42,176 nucleotides of DNA from Saprospiraceae bacterium (GTDB lineage Bacteria > Bacteroidota > Bacteroidia > Chitinophagales > Saprospiraceae), in contig JAYTUR010000962.1 of the NCBI GenBank assembly GCA_043744475.1, positions 1-42,176 on the forward strand, in the 5' to 3' direction. The notes under the pieces were generated by a model. The model was not told where the DNA came from and did no database searches. It saw only the letters and a program-made list of their open reading frames with translations. The position numbers and the translations under genes are program-made. This document shows, in pieces, positions 32,569 to 40,825 of the stretch (position 1 is its first letter; every line of letters starts with the position of its first letter).

Positions 32569-33075
32569 TTATCCCCAAATTATGTGTAAATCAAACGAAA
32601 TTTGACGGTTTGGCGTTCTATTCCCCCCAAACCACGCATTGATAAGATACCCCGATGAGAAATTTGTCCAATCCAGTTCTACCTTTGTTCTTGTTTCATC
32701 ATGCGCATGTTCACACACAAGAAAGCGCACTTTTTGCGCCACTTCGTCAAATTGTATCTGAATAATTGCTTTTGATGTCACACTTATCAAAGGTTTAGCA
32801 TACGGGTCGTAACTGCCATTTTTGTGAATATATAAGCACAAATCAAACGAGTCCGTTTCTGCAACATACCGCCAACCGCACATAATCGCATCCTCACGCG
32901 GTTTAAAAAAATGCCATTTTACCCCAAACAGCTTATTCCAGTCCGATTGGTCAACATCAACATTGTATTTGCTATTTTCCGAAAATTCAACGTAAGCATC
33001 TATTTGTTTCGGTTTGCGGTAGGTGAACCTAAACGGAAAACTGAAATGAAAGCCTTTGAAATGAGTGATGGTCAT
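32569..33075 (-). CDS. Hypothetical virion-module protein (168 aa)
   Basis: ATG ORF, first gene after late promoter-like module M4. Confidence 0.6.
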   Translation of the reverse strand: MTITHFKGFHFSFPFRFTYRKPKQIDAYVEFSENSKYNVDVDQSDWNKLFGVKWHFFKPREDAIMCGWRYVAETDSFDLCLYIHKNGSYDPYAKPLISVTSKAIIQIQFDEVAQKVRFLVCEHAHDETRTKVELDWTNFSSGYLINAWFGGNRTPNRQISFDLHIIWG

Positions 33076-33085
33076 TTTTTTTGCT

Positions 33086-33122
33086 CAAAGTTCCGTTTTT
33101 ACTGAGGGGGTATTTCGGACAC
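33086..33122 (-). promoter_or_regulatory. Late promoter-like module M4
   Basis: Minus strand GTGTCCGAAATACCCCCTCAGTAAAAACGGAACTTTG, followed by the leader AGCAAAAAAA and then ATG. Confidence 0.55.
33100..33110 (+). repeat. Dispersed motif TACTGAGGGGG
   Basis: Exact 11-mer inside module M4. Confidence 0.95.
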
Positions 33123-33151
33123 AAAAAAAGCGACCCCGTTCCAAAGGTCGC
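33123..33151 (-). terminator. Terminator preceding M4
   Basis: GCGACC-ccgttccaaa-GGTCGC, then U7 on the minus strand. Confidence 0.7.
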
Positions 33152-33183
33152 CCCAACAAGCATGAAAAAACTACACTCTTATC

Positions 33184-34200
33184 TTAGAGCGACACAACCC
33201 GCCGTTGTTGTTGCAACAACAACGCATCGTAAGCCGCTTGTTTTTCTTCAACTGTTGGCGGAGGTGGCACATAACCCCACGCGTCGATGTTGGCGTTTAT
33301 GCCGTTCAGATTGGTATGAAAGCAAAGCGGAAAATCCGAAATATTAGCGTAGAAGTAATCTTTCAACCGCGTCACATTGCGGTCAGCAGCAAGGTTTTGA
33401 AAGGTCGCCACCCGTTCTAAATTAGAGAATTCGGGAACTAAAAGCGTGTCAGCCCCTTGCTCGCGGGTGCGCTCAACGGTGAAGATGTTACCGCCATTTA
33501 CTTGAACCCGATTGCGGCGTACTGCCTCCTCGATTGTGAAATTGGCAACAACTTTTTGTATCAATCGAATCGCTTCTTTTTCTTTTGGGGTCAAAGATGC
33601 CCCTGTTTTCAATCGACTAAAAAACAGCTTTGGCAACAGCTTTTCAATGGCAAAAAACTCCACTTCATCCACAATTGGGCGCAAATGTTCAAAAGTAAAC
33701 CGCGACAATCGGTGTGAGCTGGCATCTCGAAAGTCCGAAGCATATTTCAGAAACAAACTGCGGTGTTTGTCTTTTTTGTCCCAATTTGTGAAGCTCGAAG
33801 CGTTGGCATCCAAATATTTTAACAACAACTCCAAAGCCTCGTAACCGCGCATGAGCATCTCATCGCGATAATTATTTTCTTGATACCGAAACGGCACATT
33901 TTCAGGACGCACTAAACCCGCGTTGCTGAAGCGGATGTTTTTCGTTAGCGTTGCCACTGCCAAAGCTAAAGGCGCAACGGTCGCCTGCGCTTTTTTTATC
34001 AAAATACTGAGGGGGGCTGTACTGGTTGGATGCGCCGCAATCATTTGGTCCGTCAACGCATCGCCAACCCAAGGGCGAAGATGTTCATTAATTGCCGCTT
34101 CAATATCCGGTTCGATACTGGCGAAAATTTCCGCATCGTTGTCAACCGCGCCACCGACAATGCTTTTGAAATCCGTTATATTCGTGAATAATTGTGCCAT
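33184..34200 (-). CDS. Hypothetical virion-module protein (338 aa), possibly a head-tail adaptor
   Basis: ATG ORF 3 nt after the portal-like gene. N-terminus ITDFKSIVGGAVDNDAEIFASIEPDIEAAINEHL resembles connector-type proteins (weak). Confidence 0.55.
   Translation of the reverse strand: MAQLFTNITDFKSIVGGAVDNDAEIFASIEPDIEAAINEHLRPWVGDALTDQMIAAHPTSTAPLSILIKKAQATVAPLALAVATLTKNIRFSNAGLVRPENVPFRYQENNYRDEMLMRGYEALELLLKYLDANASSFTNWDKKDKHRSLFLKYASDFRDASSHRLSRFTFEHLRPIVDEVEFFAIEKLLPKLFFSRLKTGASLTPKEKEAIRLIQKVVANFTIEEAVRRNRVQVNGGNIFTVERTREQGADTLLVPEFSNLERVATFQNLAADRNVTRLKDYFYANISDFPLCFHTNLNGINANIDAWGYVPPPPTVEEKQAAYDALLLQQQRRVVSL
34005..34015 (+). repeat. Dispersed motif TACTGAGGGGG
   Basis: Exact 11-mer in CDS 33184..34200 (APLSIL). 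Confidence 0.95.
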
Positions 34201-34203
34201 TTT

Positions 34204-35574
34204 TTATTGTGGTGTTAGGTTAGTATTGTCAACAATGCCGCTTTTTTTCTGGTCAGTCGTTGTTTGTCCGAGGTCGTCAATCATCGCCACAATATCCCAA
34301 CCATTGTATTCGAAAACGTGGTTCAATGGCTCAAGCAGTTCCATTTGTTCCATCGTATTGCGCAAAATACCTGAATTGAATTGCACGCGCGCATCTGAAC
34401 CGCTTCCTGCACCCATCCCTTTGCCTGTATCGCCCATCATGGACATTTGAGAAGCGTGATACCCAAAAGCGTTGATAATTTCATTATTTGCACTCAACGA
34501 CGACGGTATCCAATTCCCCTCTTTCATCTTGTCGTCAATCGCGATAAGTTCAATCATGCCCAGCAATTTCCCATTTTCTTCAAAATGGTAGGTCGTAATC
34601 ATCTTGCCGCCGTTTTCAATACCAACCAATGAGTCTTCAATTTTTTGTTCAAACGTATCGGTTATTGTTTTGCGTTTTTCGGCGGTGTAGGCATCCCAAT
34701 CGGGGTGTTTAAATTTAAAATAATCAACACTCACCTTCAGGTGATATTTCGCGCGGACCTGATTACGCGACATCGCCAATATTTCCTTCGGCGTATTTTG
34801 CGCGACATCAAGCCAAGTCTCTTTACTCAACATCGTTATCCAAATCGGGCGCGGATAGTAGGTTGTACCAACATTGACGGATTTGGAATGATAAGCATAA
34901 GAATCGCCTTTTAGCCAATCGTAAAAATCGTCGCGATACCATTTGTGGAGTGGAATGGTTTTAATATCGCTGTCTTGTGGGCTTTCGAGTGACCCAAATT
35001 TGCCGCAAAATTTCAAATATTCAATCTCTTGATTGATGGGACTTTGTTTCGTCACGCGGCTAAACATCGAATCCAAATGAAACAAACGGATAATTTGCGA
35101 ACGGTCAACACTCAAATCAAACTGCGAAAATGTGTTAGCAAACATCATTTTTGCAAACGCTTGTGGATACAGCCATTTTGTGTTTATGATATTTTTTGTC
35201 AAAAAATCGACCGCTTCTTTGTGGTAAGTTTTGATGAAATTGCCTTCATAAAAATCTTTTTTGGACACCAAAGCGACGCCTTTGCCACACATCTCTTGCG
35301 TCATCCGAATCAAAACACGCTTTGCAAACGGCACCGCCGACACGCGTCTGTCTATGAAATGCGGCAAATCGTCACTGAAACCCCATTCCGCCCAACCGCG
35401 CGGATTGGTCGCTTCTGTGCGCGGAAATAGCGGTGCATTGTACTTCATTTCAACCTCATTGAGGGTACGAATGGATAATTCGGGCATAATTTGTAACCGC
35501 CCTGTCTGTCCGTTTTCGCCAATTACGAGGTGAATTGCCGTATCATTCGGCTTTATTTTCGATTCTTGTGTCAT
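34204..35574 (-). CDS. Portal-like protein (456 aa)
   Basis: Size, plus the pattern FEQKIEDSLVGIENGGKMITTY...NNEIINAFGYHASQMSM, which resembles the conserved portal core. Not adjacent to any terminase. Confidence 0.55.
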   Translation of the reverse strand: MTQESKIKPNDTAIHLVIGENGQTGRLQIMPELSIRTLNEVEMKYNAPLFPRTEATNPRGWAEWGFSDDLPHFIDRRVSAVPFAKRVLIRMTQEMCGKGVALVSKKDFYEGNFIKTYHKEAVDFLTKNIINTKWLYPQAFAKMMFANTFSQFDLSVDRSQIIRLFHLDSMFSRVTKQSPINQEIEYLKFCGKFGSLESPQDSDIKTIPLHKWYRDDFYDWLKGDSYAYHSKSVNVGTTYYPRPIWITMLSKETWLDVAQNTPKEILAMSRNQVRAKYHLKVSVDYFKFKHPDWDAYTAEKRKTITDTFEQKIEDSLVGIENGGKMITTYHFEENGKLLGMIELIAIDDKMKEGNWIPSSLSANNEIINAFGYHASQMSMMGDTGKGMGAGSGSDARVQFNSGILRNTMEQMELLEPLNHVFEYNGWDIVAMIDDLGQTTTDQKKSGIVDNTNLTPQ

Positions 35575-35584
35575 TTATGCGGCA

Positions 35585-35956
35585 TTAAGGCACGGTTTTA
35601 ACACCGTTGAATGATTTTATGAGCGGTGGATGAATCTTGAACAACACACTTGTTGGATGTCCATTTGCCATGATGCGGACGTTTCGGGTGTACCATTCCG
35701 AATGATTGGGTTTACGTGTCACATTCAAATTATCGTCGTCAACATCATCAGGACCGAATTGTATTTTTTCGACTTCCGTCAACGCACGACCTTGAATGTT
35801 GTCGGGTATTTCGCGCCCTGTAGCAAGTTGGCACACCATTTCTTCGACGGTGCCACCTTTTTTGCGCTTACGGTCATACGTCCAGATTTCGAGCGTTGCG
35901 ATTTCATTCGCTTCCAATCGCTTCATACATTCCGATATTGTTATGACTTCGCTCAT
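35585..35956 (-). CDS. Hypothetical protein (123 aa)
   Basis: ATG ORF, first gene after late promoter-like module M3. Confidence 0.6.
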   Translation of the reverse strand: MSEVITISECMKRLEANEIATLEIWTYDRKRKKGGTVEEMVCQLATGREIPDNIQGRALTEVEKIQFGPDDVDDDNLNVTRKPNHSEWYTRNVRIMANGHPTSVLFKIHPPLIKSFNGVKTVP

Positions 35957-35970
35957 CTTTTATTTTTGCT

Positions 35971-36007
35971 CAAAATTGCGGATTTACGGAGGGGGTGTTT
36001 CGGACAT
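35971..36007 (-). promoter_or_regulatory. Late promoter-like module M3
   Basis: Minus strand ATGTCCGAAACACCCCCTCCGTAAATCCGCAATTTTG, 35/37 identical to M2. Confidence 0.55.
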
Positions 36008-36011
36008 TCAG

Positions 36012-36046
36012 AAAAACAAAAAGGGTACACTTCGCAAAGCGCACCC
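36012..36046 (-). terminator. Terminator preceding M3
   Basis: GGGT..ACCC hairpin (36023..36046), then UUUUUGUUUUU on the minus strand. Confidence 0.55.
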
Positions 36047-36070
36047 TTTTGTATCCCATGAACATTTTAT

Positions 36071-36301
36071 CTACTCTTTCCTTTTTTTACGTTTCGGTAT
36101 GACCGTTGACGGTATGACCGTTTTTGCCTTCTTTTTCAAGTAAGGAAAACCGCCCAAAAACAAGGCGTTTGCGCGGTCAATGGTCAAGGTATTGAAGTCA
36201 ATTTCGCCAAAGCTGCCAAAATAGTGGCGGCGCGAAAAATCGCCTTCTATGTCATATTTTGCGGCAACATCTGTTTTGAGTGCCGCTTTTTCTTTTGCCA
36301 T
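36071..36301 (-). CDS. Hypothetical protein (76 aa), Lys/Arg-rich C-terminus
   Basis: ATG ORF. Followed by the terminator at 36012..36046. Confidence 0.5.
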   Translation of the reverse strand: MAKEKAALKTDVAAKYDIEGDFSRRHYFGSFGEIDFNTLTIDRANALFLGGFPYLKKKAKTVIPSTVIPKRKKRKE

Positions 36302-36312
36302 GAGTTGTATTT

Positions 36313-37091
36313 TTAAGCAAAAATTAATTGCCCCGATGAACTTGGCGGTGTATAATGCCCCGCAGTATGCGCGGCACCGAGTTCAATTTCGACCGCAAAA
36401 GGCAAAGGTCTATACCACCGCGTCGGGTAAAATACCGTCATGCCATCGCCGACAATCCACACTTCATCGTTGCCCGTTACCCAATATTCCCCATCGGCTG
36501 TTGTCCAACCGTCGGTGATTGGGTCTAAGAGTTTGGGGTGATGTCAGGCGGGAACGCCACGAGGTCGATGGTGCGCGGTGTGCGACCGTTGGCATCAATT
36601 TCGTAATCGAAACCGCGAAAATCGCCGCCTGTGCCACCCGTAAAGCTCATGACTGTCGCAGGGCTTGATTTGCGCCCCATTTCGTGCGTTACGCCCGATT
36701 TGTCAGACACAAGTAGGACCAAACCGCAACAAGCAGACACTTTTTCGGCAAACTCTTTTTCTACTTTGCCGAAGCCTTTGAGTTTGAACTTGAGCTTGTT
36801 TTCAATTTTTGTCGTGCCGTCCTTGGTCGTGCCTTTCGTGTCAATCATGCCCGTATCGGCAATCACGCGCATTTTGCGAAAAAAGCCCTCACCAACAGGT
36901 GCACCCACAAACGAATAAGCCTCACCCACTTCGTTGCTTGCACCCACGGTCGTGATGGGCGTTGAGAGTTTGTTTTTCGACTTTGGGTCGGCGGCTAATT
37001 CGTCTGCACAAGTGAAGTAGATATCTACTTCTATGCCGGCTATATTGAGTTCATCACCTGAACAATCAGGCATAAAATTTCCTAATGGCAT
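36313..37091 (-). CDS. Predicted -1 frameshift fusion product (~259 aa) of the 188-aa gene
   Basis: Slippery CCCAAAC (plus coords 36531..36537, 0-frame C CCA AAC). The -1 frame is open from 36543 to the TAA at 36313..36315 and has no ATG until 36441. The extension stop lies 11 nt upstream of the next gene's ATG. Confidence 0.4.
36525..37091 (-). CDS. Putative major tail / structural protein (188 aa, zero-frame product)
   Basis: ATG ORF with a beta-rich sequence ...KLKFKLKGFGKVEKEF...FTGGTGGDFRGFDYEIDANG. The slippery heptamer lies 2 codons before its stop. Confidence 0.6.
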   Translation of the reverse strand: MPLGNFMPDCSGDELNIAGIEVDIYFTCADELAADPKSKNKLSTPITTVGASNEVGEAYSFVGAPVGEGFFRKMRVIADTGMIDTKGTTKDGTTKIENKLKFKLKGFGKVEKEFAEKVSACCGLVLLVSDKSGVTHEMGRKSSPATVMSFTGGTGGDFRGFDYEIDANGRTPRTIDLVAFPPDITPNS

Positions 37092-37140
37092 TTTAATTTC
37101 TGTATTTATTTGCCTTTTGAGGGCGTGAATAATTGTTTTT

Positions 37141-37151
37141 TACTGAGGGGG
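37141..37151 (+). repeat. Dispersed motif TACTGAGGGGG
   Basis: Exact 11-mer directly abutting the stop (37152..37154) of ORF 37152..37439. Confidence 0.95.
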
Positions 37152-37439
37152 TTACTTCGCCTCAACGAGGTACGCGTAACCGACATCAACTAAGTGTTGC
37201 AAAGCTGCTTGCGCCGCTTCTTTGTCAAAACCTTCGAGTTGTTCCGCTTTGACGGTTTCAACATCCACTTTTTCGCCGTTGGCAATAGTAATGAGCGTTT
37301 CGACGTGCAAAGAGCGACCCGATGTGCTGTTGATGTGTGGTGGATGCGATTTCAAAAAGCCAAATTTCTTTGTTTCTGATTTTTCGCCTTTCCGCACTTT
37401 TGCGGAAAATACACCGCTAATTGGTTTAATATCAGCCAT
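37152..37439 (-). CDS. Hypothetical head-module protein (95 aa)
   Basis: ATG ORF downstream of the capsid gene. Its stop abuts a dispersed-motif copy. Confidence 0.6.
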   Translation of the reverse strand: MADIKPISGVFSAKVRKGEKSETKKFGFLKSHPPHINSTSGRSLHVETLITIANGEKVDVETVKAEQLEGFDKEAAQAALQHLVDVGYAYLVEAK

Positions 37440-37440
37440 A

Positions 37441-37546
37441 ATGATTTATGAATTGTGAATTGTGAATTGTAAGCTATGAATTATGAGTTATGAATTATGA
37501 ATTATTTTAAAAAACTCATAACTCATAATTCATAACTCACAACTAA
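37441..37546. repeat. Heptanucleotide-periodic repeat block forming a long hairpin after the capsid gene
   Basis: TGAATTG x3 (37449..37469), then (A/G)TTATGA units, mirrored by TCATAA(C/T) units. Perfect 19-bp stem 37475..37493 / 37516..37534. Confidence 0.85.
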
Positions 37547-38536
37547 TTAAGCTGGCGGTTCGGCGTCTGAAATCCACAGCGTTTGGAAATTTTCAACCCC
37601 CACAAACATTTGGGTTTCACCCAAACCTTTCAGCGTGCGGTCAAATTCTTGCCAACGAATGGTCGGCACGATGTCGCCGCCGTTGTTGCGCAAGCCAAAC
37701 ACCAGGTTATCTTCCATTTCCGAGGCATCCAAAATCAAACGTTGTTTGCCCGACATAGAAGGGCACGCAACGAGCGTTTTGTTGGAAAAAGGAATTTTGA
37801 TACTGCGGTCAAATCCTTCATCTTTTACGTTCGCCACATAGCCGTTTTTGACATACAGGGCATATTGGTACAAGTCAAGGATTTCGGGTGCGCACAAAAC
37901 TTTGCGCGGCACTGCTTTCACGACTTCGGGCAAACTGTCGCAGAACAATTTGATTTTGTCAAAAACATTGCTTGAAGTGATTGTACCAACTGTAACGATG
38001 CGACCCGTCATTTTCGACGCAGTGATGGCGTTGTTAATGATTAACTCTAAGCCGTCAATAGCGGCAATTGCCACGCCTGCTGTGCCTGCTGTTGGGGTCA
38101 CTTTCACACCCTTGTAAATCATCTTTTGCTCAAAGGCTTGACGTGCAACAGGGTAAATGTGATTCGCAACAAGATAATCAGAGAAAAACTTGTAGTCGAA
38201 TACGGATTTGCCCAAAGGCGACATCGAAGGGTCCCAACTTGCCAAAAAAGAGTTTAACTCCGTTGCTGTCCATTGAATGTCGATTTTGACGGGTTGCAAA
38301 ACGTAGGTTTCAGAGGTCAGGGTTTCGGTATTGTTCGGCGTAAAAGCACTTTGATAACCCTGAAACAAATCGCCTGTGAGCGAAATATTGGGTGCAGCAT
38401 ACGCATAATCAACACGAACCGTTTTGAAATGCTTGAGCGTTACGATATCTTGACGCAACACGGCATTCATTCCAGCTTTGTACCGCGTCGCTTGTTGATT
38501 CAGAGCGGCGGCGGTTGAGGCAATTAAATTAGCCAT
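37547..38536 (-). CDS. Major capsid protein (by position and size)
   Basis: 329 aa, immediately after the protease/scaffold gene. Followed by a very strong hairpin. Confidence 0.7.
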   Translation of the reverse strand: MANLIASTAAALNQQATRYKAGMNAVLRQDIVTLKHFKTVRVDYAYAAPNISLTGDLFQGYQSAFTPNNTETLTSETYVLQPVKIDIQWTATELNSFLASWDPSMSPLGKSVFDYKFFSDYLVANHIYPVARQAFEQKMIYKGVKVTPTAGTAGVAIAAIDGLELIINNAITASKMTGRIVTVGTITSSNVFDKIKLFCDSLPEVVKAVPRKVLCAPEILDLYQYALYVKNGYVANVKDEGFDRSIKIPFSNKTLVACPSMSGKQRLILDASEMEDNLVFGLRNNGGDIVPTIRWQEFDRTLKGLGETQMFVGVENFQTLWISDAEPPA

Positions 38537-38583
38537 ATTAAATTTTTAGTTTTTGTGTTTACTTTTTTTGGTAAACAGGTTAT

Positions 38584-39654
38584 TTAAATGTCGTCGCCGC
38601 CAAACTGTTTGCCCGCTTTCAGACTTTCGTTTACCGCGGCGCGTAAATCCACTTTTTGCGTATCGGGGTCATTTGCCGCTTCCGCGCCCAATCCCGTTGC
38701 CGCTGTTGCGTGTGGCGCAACGCCGTGTGTGCTTTTTTTCAAAGCCTCGACTTCGATTTTGAGGGCTTCGTTTTCAGCTTTCACAGGGGCAAGGGCATCT
38801 GTGAGTAATTTTTCAGCATCGGCTACTGTGAGCGGCTGTTTTGCTTTTTCATCGGCAATAATCTTCTCAACATCGCCCAGATTGAGCGTGCCGTCTTGGA
38901 TTGCCGTTTTCAAGGCTTCTGTCGTCATTTCTTCTATTTTATTGAATGAATTATTAGGAATCTCATCAACATTAGGTTGAGTGAGCTTATTGATAAACGA
39001 TTTAAAAAAAGTCATTTTCATAGGTTCAGTAATGGTTGCTGGGTTTTCGACTTCATAGTCTTCATCGCTATTTTCTTGAAAAAGACCCATGTCGAGACAT
39101 TGATTATAGGTAAAATGGTGGTCAGCGTAGTCATAAAACTGTTGGCGAATGTCTTCAATCGTTTTGCCTGTTGCCTCTGCCATCATCTGAATACTCGCCT
39201 CGGCGATTGTATCCAATCGGTCAGCCGTTTCGCGCATATCCTTCGCCGTACCAAAACAACCGATCGAAGGCGCATGAATCATTAAGGATGAATTCTTCGC
39301 CATGTGTCGGTTTGCAATTGGCACACACAACCAAATATCCGCCGCCATCGAAAAAGCCTGACCATCGTTCCAAGTATGGATGTCAAACGGGGAACTCTTA
39401 ATTGCTGTAATCATCGCTAAACCATGAGAAGTGTAACCGCCCGGACTATTGATGCGCAAATGAACCTCTTGAACACCTTGACTTTTGAGCATATCTAAGG
39501 TTTTGACAAACTCAATATCTGTCATATTTTGCTCCTCATTATCGCCGAACATATCAGAATCACCGACAATGCCATACATGAAAATGCTGGCTTCAATGCC
39601 CTCTTTTTGGACATAGAACTTTTGAGTCTCTTGTATTTTCTTGCCTTTTGTCAT
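38584..39654 (-). CDS. ClpP-like (S14) prohead protease fused to a scaffold-like coiled-coil C-terminal region
   Basis: LRINSPGGY, GQAFSMAADIW (Ser) and SSLMIHAPS (His). C-terminal helical region EALKIEVEALKK. The track start at 39669 is TTG; ATG 39652..39654 lies 4 nt after the upstream stop. Confidence 0.85.
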   Translation of the reverse strand: MTKGKKIQETQKFYVQKEGIEASIFMYGIVGDSDMFGDNEEQNMTDIEFVKTLDMLKSQGVQEVHLRINSPGGYTSHGLAMITAIKSSPFDIHTWNDGQAFSMAADIWLCVPIANRHMAKNSSLMIHAPSIGCFGTAKDMRETADRLDTIAEASIQMMAEATGKTIEDIRQQFYDYADHHFTYNQCLDMGLFQENSDEDYEVENPATITEPMKMTFFKSFINKLTQPNVDEIPNNSFNKIEEMTTEALKTAIQDGTLNLGDVEKIIADEKAKQPLTVADAEKLLTDALAPVKAENEALKIEVEALKKSTHGVAPHATAATGLGAEAANDPDTQKVDLRAAVNESLKAGKQFGGDDI

Positions 39655-39658
39655 ATCG

Positions 39659-40135
39659 TTAATATCCAATCGCTTTTTGAATCTGTTTTGCCTTGAATTC
39701 TACTGTGTGATAACCCCGCGCTGAACTCCAAGACGATGAAAACCGCAAAGGAAATTTCACACTTCCGAGCACAAATTTCTGCCCTGTATGGGTTTCGATT
39801 CGGACAATGAATTTTTGCCTTTCCATATTGTCCAGTTGCGCCTGAACGGCGGGCGACTGCATGGGCAAAATGGCTTGTATTTTTTCGTCTGTTGTTTGCC
39901 CTTGATTGGTCAATCCGCTTGTTTCCTCCCAAAATTGTTTGTCGGCATCCAATGCGCGAATCGGCATTTTGTACCAGGCGAAATAAGCATTGAGCGTGAT
40001 GGCGCCGCGTAAACGACCATCTGAAAGCTCGAAAGTTTTGAAGCTCGCAACGCCTTGCACGGGTATGAACTCGATGATGGGCAAGCCAACCAAATTCGGT
40101 TCAGAACAATCGTATAAGGCGGTGAAATCTGTCAT
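39659..40135 (-). CDS. Hypothetical head-module protein (158 aa)
   Basis: The ATG lies 4 nt downstream of the -7-like box of module M2, so the mRNA may be leaderless. Confidence 0.6.
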   Translation of the reverse strand: MTDFTALYDCSEPNLVGLPIIEFIPVQGVASFKTFELSDGRLRGAITLNAYFAWYKMPIRALDADKQFWEETSGLTNQGQTTDEKIQAILPMQSPAVQAQLDNMERQKFIVRIETHTGQKFVLGSVKFPLRFSSSWSSARGYHTVEFKAKQIQKAIGY

Positions 40136-40139
40136 GTCG

Positions 40140-40176
40140 CAAAATTGCGGATTTACTGAGGGGGTGTTTCGGACAA
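40140..40176 (-). promoter_or_regulatory. Late promoter-like module M2 (upstream of the head operon)
   Basis: Minus strand TTGTCCGAAACACCCCCTCAGTAAATCCGCAATTTTG. The ATG follows 4 nt later. Confidence 0.55.
40154..40164 (+). repeat. Dispersed motif TACTGAGGGGG
   Basis: Exact 11-mer inside module M2. Confidence 0.95.
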
Positions 40177-40178
40177 TG

Positions 40179-40203
40179 AAAAAAGCCCCGCTTTTGGCGA
40201 GGC
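40179..40203 (-). terminator. Terminator preceding M2
   Basis: GCCTCGC-caaaa-GCGGGGC (one G-U), then U6 on the minus strand. Confidence 0.65.
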
Positions 40204-40237
40204 TTCAACAAACATTAAGAAAGCAGTTGCATACTAA

Positions 40238-40735
40238 TTATCCTTTTCGCGTCACGAAGCGGGGTAAGTGTCTCTGTTCACGCAAGCGTTGTGAGGCTTT
40301 TTCGAGGGCATCGTGGGTGTATTGCAAATTGAATTCAGCAGCATAATACTCGACAACGGCGGTGGCAGGCGATTCGAGGGCGTCACGTTTTGCGCAACTC
40401 ACCGCGACTATTTGGTCTATCAGCCAATGCCGCAGCGTTTCATTGATGAAAATAATTCGCCGTTGGATGAGATATGAACCGAGCGGAATGTAGATGAACA
40501 AATAATCATCCATGCCCTCAACAGTTTTGGATTCGGGTTCAAAGGGTGGTAAACCAAAATCAAGATTGGAAAGTAACAGCGTTCCGAGGGTCGTTTGTCT
40601 ATCGGCAAAAAACGCCTCTCTCCCCCACCATTTTTGCGACCACTTTTTGAGGTCGCTATTGATGGGCATTTTGACCCTATAAAATTTCGTTTCGTCTGCC
40701 TTTGCAGACCCATTTTGTTTCAAACGATATGTCAT
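40238..40735 (-). CDS. Hypothetical protein (165 aa); candidate regulator by position only
   Basis: ATG ORF with its own TATATTTG box embedded in a large palindrome. Sits between the lysis genes and the head operon. Confidence 0.6.
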   Translation of the reverse strand: MTYRLKQNGSAKADETKFYRVKMPINSDLKKWSQKWWGREAFFADRQTTLGTLLLSNLDFGLPPFEPESKTVEGMDDYLFIYIPLGSYLIQRRIIFINETLRHWLIDQIVAVSCAKRDALESPATAVVEYYAAEFNLQYTHDALEKASQRLREQRHLPRFVTRKG

Positions 40736-40825
40736 GGATAGTGGATTTTACAGAACAAATATATGTTTTTTACGCTTAAAATATATATAAAAGTTTGTTC
40801 TGTAAAATCTTTTGTTTTACTATCC
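40736..40825. promoter_or_regulatory. Nested palindrome filling the holin / 165-aa gene intergenic region
   Basis: Outer arms GGATAGT (40736..40742) / ACTATCC (40819..40825). Inner perfect 16-bp arms 40744..40759 / 40794..40809. A TATATTTG box on the minus strand overlaps the promoter-proximal inner arm (40744..40759). Confidence 0.6.
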
